Shown: positions 39,433 to 49,588, counted from the first letter of the stretch. The stretch: 64,000 nt of DNA from Longimicrobiales bacterium (GCA_965202805.1 OZ241869.1:768001-832000), one strand, 5' to 3'. The notes: generated by a model from the letters alone, not told the origin. Program-made: numbers and translations.

Positions 39433-39516
39433 GCGGAGGCTCTCCGGGGGTTGGCCGGAGTCCGCCTGCCCCTTGGGTACCAATCCCTCTTACCTATTGT
39501 AAAACAAAGAGTTAGA

Positions 39517-40560
39517 GTGCTTTCTTCAAGTTGGTTCAAGCCGCGCCGCAGCCTCGTTCCGGTCCATGACATCGCAGTGGACCTGGGAACCGCGAATACG
39601 CTCGTATACGTCCGGGGCGAGGGGGTTGTGGTGAACGAGCCCTGCGTGGTCGCCGTGGAAAAGAGCTCACGCAACATCCTGGGGATCGGTCTCGACGCCA
39701 AACGCATGCTCGGGCGCACCCCGGGGGACATCGAGGCGATTCGACCCTTGAAGGACGGCGTGATCGCGGATGTCGACATCACCGAGATGATGTTGCGCCA
39801 CTTCCTCAAACGGGTCACGTCCCGGCGCATGTTCCGGATGAAGCCGCGCGTGGTGGTGGGCGTTCCTTCGGGCATCACCGAGCTCGAGCGGCGCGCCGTC
39901 CGCTCTTCGGCGCTGATGGCCGGCGCGAAGTCCGTGTACATGGTGGTGGAGCCGGTCGCGGCCGCAGTCGGCATGGGCCTTCCCATCGAGTCACCGACCG
40001 GCAACATGGTGATCGACATCGGGGGCGGCACCACCGAGATCGCCGTGATCTGCCTGTCGGGCGTTGTCGCCAACTCCTCGATCCGGGTGGGCGGCGACAA
40101 GATCGATCACGCGATCGAAGACTCCATGCGCAGGCATTACAAGCTGCTTATCGGAGAATCCACTGCCGAGATGATCAAGATCCAGATCGGATCCGCCTTC
40201 GATACCGGCGATGAACAGGAGATGGACGTCAAGGGTCGCGATCTCGTCAGCGGAATGCCAAAGATGATCCGCATCGGTTCATCGGAAGTGCGGGAGTGGA
40301 TCCAGGAGCCGATCAGATCCATCGTGGACGCGGTGCGCCGCGCGCTCGAGTCGACGCCCCCGGAGCTTTCCGCGGACATCGTGGACAGAGGCCTGCTGAT
40401 GACAGGTGGCGGCGCGATGATCCAGGGGCTTGACCAGCTGATCACGTTCGAGACCAACCTGGCCGTGCATGTGGACGAAGATCCTCTGACCTGCGTTGTG
40501 CGAGGCGCGGGCCGGATACTGGAGGATCTGCACACATTCCGTAAGATCCTGACGGCGTGA
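39517..40560 (+). CDS. mreB: Rod shape-determining protein MreB
   Basis: DIAVDLGTANTLVY, RPLKDGVIAD, IDIGGGTTE, TPPELSADI, TGGGA. Probable GTG start at 39517. Confidence 0.96.
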   Translation: MLSSSWFKPRRSLVPVHDIAVDLGTANTLVYVRGEGVVVNEPCVVAVEKSSRNILGIGLDAKRMLGRTPGDIEAIRPLKDGVIADVDITEMMLRHFLKRVTSRRMFRMKPRVVVGVPSGITELERRAVRSSALMAGAKSVYMVVEPVAAAVGMGLPIESPTGNMVIDIGGGTTEIAVICLSGVVANSSIRVGGDKIDHAIEDSMRRHYKLLIGESTAEMIKIQIGSAFDTGDEQEMDVKGRDLVSGMPKMIRIGSSEVREWIQEPIRSIVDAVRRALESTPPELSADIVDRGLLMTGGGAMIQGLDQLITFETNLAVHVDEDPLTCVVRGAGRILEDLHTFRKILTA

Positions 40561-40623
40561 CCGTTGATCGGCGACCGGTTTCCGGAGTGGTCGAGGCGGC
40601 GGCGCAGGCCTTGAGCCCGACGG

Positions 40624-41559
40624 GTGGCGTTGATGCGGGAATACGGCGGTGCCGGCGGTAACGGACTGCGAAGACAATTCCTCCTGGCGGCGGCCTGTCT
40701 GCTGGTCGGCCTGTTCTTCTACCTGATTCCGGCGGGGCCCCAGCAGAGCATCGCGTCCGGCATTCGCCTGACCCTGCTGCGCCCGTTTGTGGACATCCGG
40801 AGCGCACTGACCGCGGCCCGCTCGAGAGGACGCGAGGCGGACATGCTCCGTGCAGAGGTGGACTCCCTGCGCGCCTGGGTCGCCAACAACGCGGCGGCGA
40901 TAGAGGAAAACCGGCGCCTTCGGGTCCTGATCGGACTGGCGCCGCTCGTCGAGCGGTCGTATCGGGCCGTGAGCGTGCACCGCCCGGGCAATCTGGGCTC
41001 CCAGAGCACGATCGTGCTCGACCTCGGCTACGAGCAGGGTGTCCATGCGCTGTCTCCCATCATCACCGCCGACGGCCTCGCGGGCAGGGTTCTCGAAGCC
41101 CACCCGTCGCTGTCGATCGGCATGGACTGGTCGCACCCGGACTTCCGGGCCTCCGTCATGTCGGAGGACGGCGAGCTCTACGGCATTGTCGGGCCGGAAC
41201 CGGCCACCGTCGGGGACGCCGAGCGACTCGTTCTGACCGGCATCCCGTATTTCGACGTCCTTGTCGACGGTACTCTGGTGGTCACCAGCGGACGCGGGGG
41301 TGTCTATCCGCGAGGCGTGCCCGTGGGGCGGGTCGGGGGGCTGGCCGAGATCGAAGAAGGATGGCACCGGAGTTACTGGGTGTACCCCACCGTACATCCG
41401 GCCTCCGTCACGCACGCGCTGGTCGGCGTTTCCGACGGGGCCGGACCGGAGGGCGAAGCGGACCTGTCCAGTCTGTTCCCCGCAGGAGCGTCACCGGTCC
41501 CGGATTCCGCCGGCGAGGCCGGGCCGGGCGGTTCGCCTGCTCCCGATGGCAGTGGCTGA
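40624..41559 (+). CDS. mreC: Rod shape-determining protein MreC
   Basis: TM + coiled coil (EENRRLRVL) + VVTSGRGGVYPRGVPVG; synteny. Confidence 0.92.
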   Translation: MALMREYGGAGGNGLRRQFLLAAACLLVGLFFYLIPAGPQQSIASGIRLTLLRPFVDIRSALTAARSRGREADMLRAEVDSLRAWVANNAAAIEENRRLRVLIGLAPLVERSYRAVSVHRPGNLGSQSTIVLDLGYEQGVHALSPIITADGLAGRVLEAHPSLSIGMDWSHPDFRASVMSEDGELYGIVGPEPATVGDAERLVLTGIPYFDVLVDGTLVVTSGRGGVYPRGVPVGRVGGLAEIEEGWHRSYWVYPTVHPASVTHALVGVSDGAGPEGEADLSSLFPAGASPVPDSAGEAGPGGSPAPDGSG

Positions 41560-42076
41560 GCGTCCGCTGGCCGGCACCCCTCGGCTCGGAATCGGGTCGA
41601 GCGCGGTCGTTGCCCTCACGCTGATTCTGGTCTTCCTCCATTTCGTTCTGCGGCTCGGCGTGGGGATGGGAGCCGGGGCCCCGGATCTGTTGACCGTCGC
41701 GCTCCTGCTCCATGTTCGCAGGGTCCGATTCGGCACTGCCGCATGCGTCGGGTTCACCCTCGGCATGCTGGAGGACGCGTTCACGCTCGTGGCCTTCGGC
41801 GCCAACACCGTAGCGTTGACCCTGGTGGGCATTCTGGGCGTGCAGACCCGGGCGTTCTTCGTTTCCACCACGTCGCTTTCCTTCAGCATCGTCTACTTTG
41901 TGACCGGCAAGTGGGTGCGTGACTTCATCCACTGGATCCTGCAGCAGGCGGCCGGGGTCAGGAGCGGGTTCATCGAACCGATGATTCTCGCCGGAGTTCC
42001 GGCCGCGCTCTATGCCGCTCTGGTGGGCGTGCTCATCGTGAGGCTCATCGGCCCCTTCAGCGAGAGCGAGTCATGA
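41546..42076 (+). CDS. mreD: Rod shape-determining protein MreD
   Basis: Hydrophobic; PDLL, GFTLGMLED; lies between mreC and mrdA. Confidence 0.88.
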   Translation: MAVAERPLAGTPRLGIGSSAVVALTLILVFLHFVLRLGVGMGAGAPDLLTVALLLHVRRVRFGTAACVGFTLGMLEDAFTLVAFGANTVALTLVGILGVQTRAFFVSTTSLSFSIVYFVTGKWVRDFIHWILQQAAGVRSGFIEPMILAGVPAALYAALVGVLIVRLIGPFSESES

Positions 42077-43917
42077 ATCAGTTCCAGATGCCCAATCCAG
42101 GGGCGTCCCAGCGCGCCCGCATCGCCATCATCGGACTCCTGACGCTCTTCGGAGTCCTCACCGTGGCCTTCTTCCGCCTTCAGGTGCTCGAGTCCAACAC
42201 GTACCAGCTTCGCTCGGACTCGAACCGGCTCCGTCCTTTTCCCATCGAAGCTCCGCGCGGCGCCGTCTTCGACCGAAACGGCCGGGTTGTTGCGAGCAGC
42301 GTTCCCGGTTATTCGCTGCACGTGTTCCCCTCGGCGACGTCCGGGGTCATGGAAGCCACGCTCGAACGCCTGCAATCGTACCTCGATCTGGACGATGGGA
42401 GGATCGAACTGCTGCTCGAACGCGCCCGACGCGAACCCTATCAGCCGCTTCTGGTGGAGGGCGATGCCGATTTCGATCTCGTCTCAACGCTCGAGGAGCA
42501 CCGCGCGGAGTTGCCGAACGTCGTGGTTCGGATGGATCCGAAGCGCCAATACCAGGCTGCGCGCGCGGTCTCCCACCTCATGGGGTATGTGGGCGAAGTC
42601 ACCGCGGAAGAACTGGAGCAGGAACAATACGCGGAGTACTCGCAGGGCATGACGGTGGGCAAGGAGGGGGTGGAGCGGCAGTACGAAGCCCGGCTTCAGG
42701 GGAAGCGGGGCCTGCGCTATTCGGAAGTGGACGCGCTGGGCCGGGTCGTCAGCTCTCCTTTCGGGCAGGTCATGGAGGCGCCCGAGCCCGGGGTGGATAT
42801 CCACCTGAATCTCGACCTGGATCTGATGGAGTGGATCCACCACATCTTCCCCGACTCCATGCGCGGTGCCGTGGTGGCGCTGGATGTCGAGGATGGCGGA
42901 GTGCTCGCGCTCTACTCGGCTCCGACCTTCGACCCCAACAGCTTCGTGGGAGGCATCGATCCCGACCAGTGGGCGTCTCTCAACAGCGACCCCGAACAGC
43001 CCCTCTTCAATCGCGCGGTCGTCGGGCGCTACGCCCCGGGGTCGACGTGGAAGCTCGCGGTCGCCGCGATCGGACTGGAGCTCGGCCTTGTGGAAGCGAA
43101 CGAATACATGCCGCGGGGGTGCACCGGAGGGATGTTCGTCGGCAACCGCAGGTACGGCTGCTGGTACGAAGCCGGTCACGGGGCGCTCGATCTCGTGGGG
43201 GCCATTCAGCACTCCTGCAACGTCTATTTCTACCAGCTGGGCCTCAGGATCGGGCTGGAGCGTCTCGTGGCCAACGCGAACGACATGGGCTTCGCGCGCC
43301 AGTGCGGCATCGACCTGCCCGGCGAGTCGCCGGGAGTGTTTCCGAGCGGTCTGGGCTTCTGGGAGGAACGGTTCGGTTACCGCGCGCGCGAAACGGAGGT
43401 ATTGTCGCTTTCGATCGGGCAGGGCCCCAACGACCAGACCCCCCTGGGGATCGCCCAGTTCTACCTCGCCATGGCCCAGGGAGGGCGGGCGCCCGCGCCG
43501 CGCATCCTGAGCGGGGAGGAGGAGGGCGATATCTGGGACATCGGGATTTCACCGGAGCACGGCGAGGTTCTGATAGAGGGCCTCAGGCGGGTCTTCATGC
43601 CGGGGGGCACGGGGTACAGGTCCTCGGTGGAGCACTGGGAGCTGATGGGCAAATCGGGCACCGCCCAGAACGCGCAGGATCCGGATCGCAGCCACGCGTG
43701 GTTCGCGGCCATCGCGGGTCCCCGGGGCGGAACTCCGGAGATCGTCGTGGTCGTGCTGGTGGAGCTCGGAGAGAGCGGATCCATCGTGGCGGCCCCAATC
43801 GCCGCGAAGTCGGCGGACTACTTCCTGCGCAAGCGCCACGGCATCCCCACCGACACCATCCAGACGCTGGGCGAACACCTCCTCACGGGCACGCCCGCGC
43901 CGTGGGCGAACCGGTGA
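42073..43917 (+). CDS. mrdA: Penicillin-binding protein 2
   Basis: APRGAVFDRNG, GKEGVERQYE, SxxK (PGSTWK), SCNVYFY, KSGTAQ. Confidence 0.95.
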   Translation: MNQFQMPNPGASQRARIAIIGLLTLFGVLTVAFFRLQVLESNTYQLRSDSNRLRPFPIEAPRGAVFDRNGRVVASSVPGYSLHVFPSATSGVMEATLERLQSYLDLDDGRIELLLERARREPYQPLLVEGDADFDLVSTLEEHRAELPNVVVRMDPKRQYQAARAVSHLMGYVGEVTAEELEQEQYAEYSQGMTVGKEGVERQYEARLQGKRGLRYSEVDALGRVVSSPFGQVMEAPEPGVDIHLNLDLDLMEWIHHIFPDSMRGAVVALDVEDGGVLALYSAPTFDPNSFVGGIDPDQWASLNSDPEQPLFNRAVVGRYAPGSTWKLAVAAIGLELGLVEANEYMPRGCTGGMFVGNRRYGCWYEAGHGALDLVGAIQHSCNVYFYQLGLRIGLERLVANANDMGFARQCGIDLPGESPGVFPSGLGFWEERFGYRARETEVLSLSIGQGPNDQTPLGIAQFYLAMAQGGRAPAPRILSGEEEGDIWDIGISPEHGEVLIEGLRRVFMPGGTGYRSSVEHWELMGKSGTAQNAQDPDRSHAWFAAIAGPRGGTPEIVVVVLVELGESGSIVAAPIAAKSADYFLRKRHGIPTDTIQTLGEHLLTGTPAPWANR

Positions 43918-43921
43918 GGCT

Positions 43922-45202
43922 GTGCGTCCCGTCGGAGCTCATTCCTTGAAGGCCCTGTTTTCGCGGTGGGCCCTCGACCGCGGCTTCGTCTTCGCCCTGC
44001 TCGCGCTCTCCGCCTTCGGTGTGGCGATGATCTATTCGACGGGCGAACTCAACGTACCGAGCCCCGTCGTCGAAGGCGCCTGGATCCGGCAACTGGTCTG
44101 GTTCGTCCTCGGACTGACGGCCTTCACCGTCCTTACCCGCATCTCCAACAACTGGATCGAGTGGGTTGCGGTGCCCGCCTATGTCCTGGCGGTGGTTCTG
44201 CTGGCCGTCACGCTGGTCGTGGGCACCGGCCGCGGCACGGCGGCCGGAGTGACCAGCTTCCTGCAGTTCGGCGGCTTTCAGTTCCAGCCGGCGGAGGTCG
44301 CCAAGATTGCGACCATCCTGGCCCTGGCGCGCCTCATGGCGTCCCGCCTGGAAGGGTCCGGACACGGTTCCCGCAGATCATGGCAGTTGACCGACGTGAT
44401 CGCGCCGAGCGCGCTGGTGGGGCTCCCTCTTCTCCTGGTCCTGCTCCAGCCGGATCTCGGGACCGCGATGGCCTTTGTGGGCATCCTGATAGCGGTGCTC
44501 TTCTGGTCCGGGATTCCGCTGACCTATCTGTTCCTGCTGGTGAGCCCGGCCATCGCGCTGGTCGTCTCGTTCAACACCTGGCTGTTCTCGGCGTACATGG
44601 TGGCGCTCATCGGGCTGCTCTATCTGCGTCGCTCGCGCCTCTACACCTTCGAGTACGTGGCGGTGCTGGTGCTCAATCTGGCCGTCGGCACGGTCGCGCG
44701 GCTCCTCTGGGACTCCCTGGCCCCCTACCAGCAGAACCGGGTGCTGGTGTTTCTGGATCCGAGTCTCGATCCACGGCAGGCGGGCTACCACCTGGTCCAG
44801 TCCAAGGTCGCCATCGGCAGCGGCGGGCTGACCGGCAAGGGGTTTACGCTGGGCACCCAGAAGCGTTTCAACTTCCTGCCCGAGCAGCACACCGATTTCA
44901 TCTTCGCGGTCATCGGAGAGGAGTTCGGCTTCGTGGGCACGCTGCTGATCCTGTCCGGCTTCGCCTATGTCCTGCTCCGACTCGTCCGCATGGCGACCGG
45001 AGCCGGCAGTCACTTTGCAAGCTTTGTCCTCTTCGGTATCTTCGGCGCCTGGATTACGCACGTCTTCGTGAACACCGGAATGACCGTCGGGTTGGTCCCC
45101 GTCACCGGCATCCCCCTTCCGTTCATCAGCTACGGGGGTTCCTTTCTGCTGATGTGCTGGGTGGCCGCGGCGCTCGCCGTGCGCGTCGCCCAGCGGGACT
45201 GA
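43922..45202 (+). CDS. rodA: Rod shape-determining protein RodA (SEDS)
   Basis: FQPAEVAK, QPDLGT, QSKVAIGSGG, LPEQHTDFIF, GIPLPFISYGGS. Confidence 0.95.
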   Translation: MRPVGAHSLKALFSRWALDRGFVFALLALSAFGVAMIYSTGELNVPSPVVEGAWIRQLVWFVLGLTAFTVLTRISNNWIEWVAVPAYVLAVVLLAVTLVVGTGRGTAAGVTSFLQFGGFQFQPAEVAKIATILALARLMASRLEGSGHGSRRSWQLTDVIAPSALVGLPLLLVLLQPDLGTAMAFVGILIAVLFWSGIPLTYLFLLVSPAIALVVSFNTWLFSAYMVALIGLLYLRRSRLYTFEYVAVLVLNLAVGTVARLLWDSLAPYQQNRVLVFLDPSLDPRQAGYHLVQSKVAIGSGGLTGKGFTLGTQKRFNFLPEQHTDFIFAVIGEEFGFVGTLLILSGFAYVLLRLVRMATGAGSHFASFVLFGIFGAWITHVFVNTGMTVGLVPVTGIPLPFISYGGSFLLMCWVAAALAVRVAQRD

Positions 45203-45256
45203 AGGGCTGCGCCGTCCGCCCGGTCAACCCGCGAGCAACGCCGACTGGAGCAAGCC

Positions 45257-46114
45257 ATGGCCTGGTTCAACAAGCCCAAGAAGCCGTTGCGCGCACAGGA
45301 CCGGCGGGATGTTCCGAGCGATGTCTTCAGGAAATGTCCGAGCTGCGGTGCCATCCTCTATCGCGAGAAGCTCACCCAGAATCTCTCCGTGTGCCCGGAG
45401 TGCGGGTTCCACTTCAGGTTCGGGGCCTCGGACTATCTGAGGCTGCTGATGGACGAAGGAGCCTTCAGCGAGGAGCACGCGGGGCTGGCGAGCGCCGATC
45501 CATTGGGCTTCGTCGACTCGAAGCCGTACACCGCCCGCGTGCAGGTGGCCGAACAGCGTGCGGGACGGCCGGAGGCCATGGTTGTGGGTTCGGGCAGGCT
45601 GGATGGCATCCCGGTGTCGCTGGCGGTGATGGACTTTTCCTTCATCGGAGGATCGATGGGATCGGTGGTCGGGGAGAAGCTGGCCCGCATCATCGACAGG
45701 TCGCTGCGCGAACAGGTGCCCCTGGTCGTCGTGAGCGCCTCCGGGGGAGCTCGCATGCAGGAGGGAATCCTGTCGCTGATGCAGATGGCGAAGACGGCGA
45801 CGCTGCTGGCGAGGCTGCACGAGGCCGGTCTGCCCCACATATCCATCCTCACCAATCCGACGGCGGGCGGGGTGACCGCCTCATACGCCATGCTGGGCGA
45901 CGTCAACCTCGCGGAACCCGACGCCTTCATCGGGTTCGCGGGGCCTCGCGTGATCGAGGAGACGATCCGGCAGGAGCTTCCGGACGGGTTCCAGAGATCC
46001 GAGTTTCTTCTCGAGCACGGCATGCTCGACTGCGTGGTGCCGCGCAAGGAGTTGAAGGCCACGGTGGCACTTCTGCTGCGGCACATGTGGGCGGGGTGGA
46101 AGCCCCAGGGCTGA
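45257..46114 (+). CDS. accD: Acetyl-CoA carboxylase carboxyltransferase beta subunit
   Basis: C4 Zn finger (KCPSC...VCPEC), GGSMGSVVGEK, SGGARMQEG, GFAGPRVIE. Confidence 0.96.
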   Translation: MAWFNKPKKPLRAQDRRDVPSDVFRKCPSCGAILYREKLTQNLSVCPECGFHFRFGASDYLRLLMDEGAFSEEHAGLASADPLGFVDSKPYTARVQVAEQRAGRPEAMVVGSGRLDGIPVSLAVMDFSFIGGSMGSVVGEKLARIIDRSLREQVPLVVVSASGGARMQEGILSLMQMAKTATLLARLHEAGLPHISILTNPTAGGVTASYAMLGDVNLAEPDAFIGFAGPRVIEETIRQELPDGFQRSEFLLEHGMLDCVVPRKELKATVALLLRHMWAGWKPQG

Positions 46115-46127
46115 GGCCCGCCGGCGC

Positions 46128-47462
46128 GTGGCCCCACACGCCCCGGAGATTTTGGCCTTGAAGGCCGGAGCTCCCGCGACGCACGAACTGTTCCCGCGGC
46201 TGGGGCATGGCGTCAAATGGGGTCTCGAGCGAACCCGGTCCCTGCTTGCAGCCCTGGGGGAGCCACAGCTCGCCTGTCCGTCGATCCACATCGGCGGGAC
46301 CAACGGCAAGGGGTCGGTTGCGGCGATGTGCGCCGGGGTATTGCGGGAGGCCGGCCTGCGCACCGGGCTCTACACCTCCCCCCACCTGTGTGACTTCCGC
46401 GAACGCATCCAGGTCGACGGCCGCCCGGTGGCGTCCGAGCCCATGACCCGGGTGGCGGCCGGGCTGCACGCGGCCGTCGACCGGATCGGGCCCACCTTCT
46501 TCGAAGCGACCACCGCCCTGGCGTTCGGTGTATTCGCCGAGGAGGGAGTCGACATCGCAGTGGTGGAGGTCGGGCTGGGCGGACGTCTCGACGCGACCAA
46601 CGTGATCGTTCCGGCAGTGACCTGCATCACCAACGTGTCACTCGACCACGCCGACTACCTGGGCGCCACCGTGGAGGACATAGCCCGGGAGAAGGCCGGG
46701 ATCATCAAGCCGGACGTTCCGGTCCATACGAGCGAGACCGGCGGGTCTGTCCTGGGCATTCTGAGGGGCCGGGCGACGAAGGCCGGCGCTCCCTTCCTCG
46801 CGCTCGATCCGGTCCGGGATGTGCGAAACCTGGAGCTCTCGGGGGCGTGCACGAGCTTCTGCATGTCCTCCGCCGCCTGGGGAGAACTCGAGTTGTCGGT
46901 GCCGTTGGCCGGTGGGCACCAGGCGGCCAACGCGGCTCTCGCGGTCCGGGCGCTGGAATCGCTTCCAAAGGAGCTGCGGCCCGCCCGACAGGCGGTGGTG
47001 CGGGGCCTGGCACGGGTGAGCTGGCCGGGTCGGGTGCAGCTGGTGGCGCAAGGCGGCGTAACCTGGGTCTTCGACGTGGCCCACAACGTCGCCGGAATGG
47101 AAACGCTCGCCACCACCCTGCGGTCAATCGGGCCGCCGCGGCCGATCGTGGTGCTGGCCGGCATCCTGGGGGACAAGGACTGGGGCGGCATGCTGCCGGG
47201 CCTCCTCTCGATTTCCGATGCAGCCGTCCTCACCCAGCCTCCTTCCGCGCCAGGGGAACGAAGGTGGAAGCCCCGGCAGGTGGCGGCTGCGCTCGCACCA
47301 CGGTTCACGCCCGAGGTGGAAGCGGACTTCGGCCTCGCCCTGGCCAGAGTGTCCGAGCGGGCGGACGGCGGCACGGCGGTGGTCACGGGATCCTGCCACA
47401 CGGTCGGCAGCGCCCTCGGTGAGCTGGGCATCCAGCCGTTCCCGACGTTTTCCCCGGTTTGA
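46128..47462 (+). CDS. folC: Folylpolyglutamate synthase/dihydrofolate synthase
   Basis: HIGGTNGKGS, YTSPHL, EVGLGGRLDATN, EKAGIIK, WPGR, DVAHN. Confidence 0.95.
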   Translation: MAPHAPEILALKAGAPATHELFPRLGHGVKWGLERTRSLLAALGEPQLACPSIHIGGTNGKGSVAAMCAGVLREAGLRTGLYTSPHLCDFRERIQVDGRPVASEPMTRVAAGLHAAVDRIGPTFFEATTALAFGVFAEEGVDIAVVEVGLGGRLDATNVIVPAVTCITNVSLDHADYLGATVEDIAREKAGIIKPDVPVHTSETGGSVLGILRGRATKAGAPFLALDPVRDVRNLELSGACTSFCMSSAAWGELELSVPLAGGHQAANAALAVRALESLPKELRPARQAVVRGLARVSWPGRVQLVAQGGVTWVFDVAHNVAGMETLATTLRSIGPPRPIVVLAGILGDKDWGGMLPGLLSISDAAVLTQPPSAPGERRWKPRQVAAALAPRFTPEVEADFGLALARVSERADGGTAVVTGSCHTVGSALGELGIQPFPTFSPV

Positions 47463-47486
47463 CGCGTCGGGCCAAGCGCATAGATT
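47459..47486 (+). promoter_or_regulatory. Sigma70-type promoter immediately before hisS (probably leaderless)
   Basis: TTGACG-16 bp-TAGATT, then 7 nt to the ATG at 47494; no SD. Confidence 0.6.
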
Positions 47487-47493
47487 CGCCGCC

Positions 47494-48798
47494 ATGCCAA
47501 AAAACAGAAATTTCCCCAGGCTTCCGGGTTTTCGAGACTTCGCACCGGAGGCTCTGGCCGAGCGGGAGCACGTGTTCGGAAGCTGGCGCAGCGTGGCGCG
47601 CCGCTACGGCTTCCAGGAATACGACGGGCCTCCGCTGGAACCGCTGGAACTCTACCGGGAAAAGAGCGGCGACGAGATCGTCGGGCAGCTGTACGCCTTC
47701 GTGGACAAGGGGGGGCGGGAGGTATCGCTGCGCCCCGAAATGACGCCGTCGCTCGCGCGCATGCTCGGTGAGCGCAGCCGGGCCATGGCCAAGCCGATCC
47801 GCTGGTTCTCGATTCCGCAGCTGTTTCGCTACGAACGGCAGCAGCGGGGGCGTCTGCGCGAGCACTTCCAGCTGAATGTCGACATCCTCGGCGAAGCCGG
47901 GACGGGCGCGGACGCCGAAGTCCTGGCGGTGGCGGTAGACTCCCTTCGCGCATTGGGCCTGGGGCCCGACGATTTCGTGGCGCGCGTCTCGGATCGCCGT
48001 CTCTTGTCAGCGGTTCTTGCCGCGCTGGGCGTGCCGGAGGACCGAATGCCCGCCACCTTCAGCGACATAGACAAGTACGAACGGGTGGGCGCGGACGCGA
48101 CGCGCGACCGTTTGCAGGCGTCCGCCGGGCTGGCTGGCCGGCAGGTCGATTCGCTTCTGGAGATCCTGGACGGTGCCGGGCTCGATGTGGTCGAGGACCT
48201 GCTCGGCGAACGTGAAGCGGTGGGCGCCAGCCTCGACGAACTGCGCCGCTACCGGGCCGACCTTACGGCGATGGGGCTGGAGCCCTTCCTGCGCTTCGAC
48301 CTGCGCATCGTCCGCGGCCTGGCGTATTACACCGGAATCGTGTTCGAACTCTTCGACCGGAAGGGCAAGCTGCGCGCCATCTGCGGGGGAGGCCGCTACG
48401 ACCAGCTGCTCGAGCGGGTCGGCGGCGAGCCCCTCCCCGCGGTGGGGTTCGGAATGGGGGATGTGGTGCTGACCGAGTTGCTGCGCGACAGGGCACTGCT
48501 CCCCGAGGCCACCCCGTCGCTGGACTGGTTCATCGCCTGCGTATCGCCGGCTCAGCGTCTTCTGGGACGGGAAATCGCGCATTTCCTGCGGGAGGCGGGA
48601 TCGACCGTCGCCTATGCGCTCGAGCAACGTCCGGTGCGCAAGCAGCTCGCCATGGCCGCCAGGCAGGGAGCCCGCAAGGTCATCCTTCTGGGCCCGGACG
48701 AGACGGCGAAGGGGGTGGCGGTGATCCGCGACATGGCGCACGGCACCCAGCACGAGGTCTCGCTTGCCGACCTGCGTCAAGGCAGGCCGGCATCATGA
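47494..48798 (+). CDS. hisS: Histidine--tRNA ligase
   Basis: PGFRDF, LRPEMTPS, FRYERQQRGRLREHFQ, IVRGLAYYTGIVFE, GGGRYD. Confidence 0.96.
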   Translation: MPKNRNFPRLPGFRDFAPEALAEREHVFGSWRSVARRYGFQEYDGPPLEPLELYREKSGDEIVGQLYAFVDKGGREVSLRPEMTPSLARMLGERSRAMAKPIRWFSIPQLFRYERQQRGRLREHFQLNVDILGEAGTGADAEVLAVAVDSLRALGLGPDDFVARVSDRRLLSAVLAALGVPEDRMPATFSDIDKYERVGADATRDRLQASAGLAGRQVDSLLEILDGAGLDVVEDLLGEREAVGASLDELRRYRADLTAMGLEPFLRFDLRIVRGLAYYTGIVFELFDRKGKLRAICGGGRYDQLLERVGGEPLPAVGFGMGDVVLTELLRDRALLPEATPSLDWFIACVSPAQRLLGREIAHFLREAGSTVAYALEQRPVRKQLAMAARQGARKVILLGPDETAKGVAVIRDMAHGTQHEVSLADLRQGRPAS

Positions 48799-49304
48799 CC
48801 ATGCGCCGGGCCGGCCGGCGGCGGCCGTCGAGGATCCTCGCCTCGTCCGTGGCCTGCCTTTGCGCCGGAGCCTGTTCTCCCGACCGCCCACCCGAGGCGC
48901 GAGAAGACGCGGCACCCGCTTCCGTGCCATCCGCGGCCCGTTCATCCTTCGCCGCCGACGACGCCGAGGCGGTCTCCCTCATCCTCTTCGACGAAGTCCC
49001 GGATCCGGTGCTGGAACGCCGGCTGACCCTGCACCTGCTCGCCCCGGAGCCCGGCGGACGCGCGGAATTCAGCCGCACCCTGCGGGAGTTGCTGCCCGAC
49101 CGGGCCGCCCGCGATTCGACCCTGGTGGCGATTCGCGCGATCGTCTATCAGGCGGCCGTGCCGCCGGGAACGAGCGAGGGGAACCTGGTGCCGGTGGCCT
49201 GGGGCGAATGGATTCCGCTGGAAGGGTGGTACGGCGAGGTCGGGACAGGGCGGGGAACCGGCCACCGGGTCTACTTCTACCATGGAGCGCCCCCGGAATG
49301 GTAG
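48795..49304 (+). CDS. Hypothetical lipoprotein
   Basis: Basic N-terminus + ILASSVACLCAGAC lipobox; ATGA overlap with hisS. Confidence 0.65.
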   Translation: MTMRRAGRRRPSRILASSVACLCAGACSPDRPPEAREDAAPASVPSAARSSFAADDAEAVSLILFDEVPDPVLERRLTLHLLAPEPGGRAEFSRTLRELLPDRAARDSTLVAIRAIVYQAAVPPGTSEGNLVPVAWGEWIPLEGWYGEVGTGRGTGHRVYFYHGAPPEW

Positions 49305-49588
49305 CCGACGGCAGCAGGGAAGTGCGCAAGGACATGGCCCGCGCCGTGCGCCGACTCAACATCCTCGAATACTTCATTCTGGCCGCCGCCGCGGCCATGT
49401 CCCTGGGCGGAGGCGCGCTGGTGGCGCTGCTCCTGAACGAGTTGACGGGCGCGCCCTTCCGGATATCGTGGTTTGTCTCCTCGCTCCTGCTCTTCAGCGT
49501 GCCCGGCTTCTTCGTATTCCGCCGAGAGAGCAGGCGCGATCCTCCCCGCGGCGCCGCGGGCCACCCCCAGGATCAGACAAATGGCTGA
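49298..49588 (+). CDS. Small hypothetical 2-TM membrane protein
   Basis: MARAVRRLNILEYFILAAAAAMSLGGGALVALLL...WFVSSLLLFSVPG; overlaps both neighbours. Start 49298 or 49334. Confidence 0.65.
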   Translation: MVADGSREVRKDMARAVRRLNILEYFILAAAAAMSLGGGALVALLLNELTGAPFRISWFVSSLLLFSVPGFFVFRRESRRDPPRGAAGHPQDQTNG

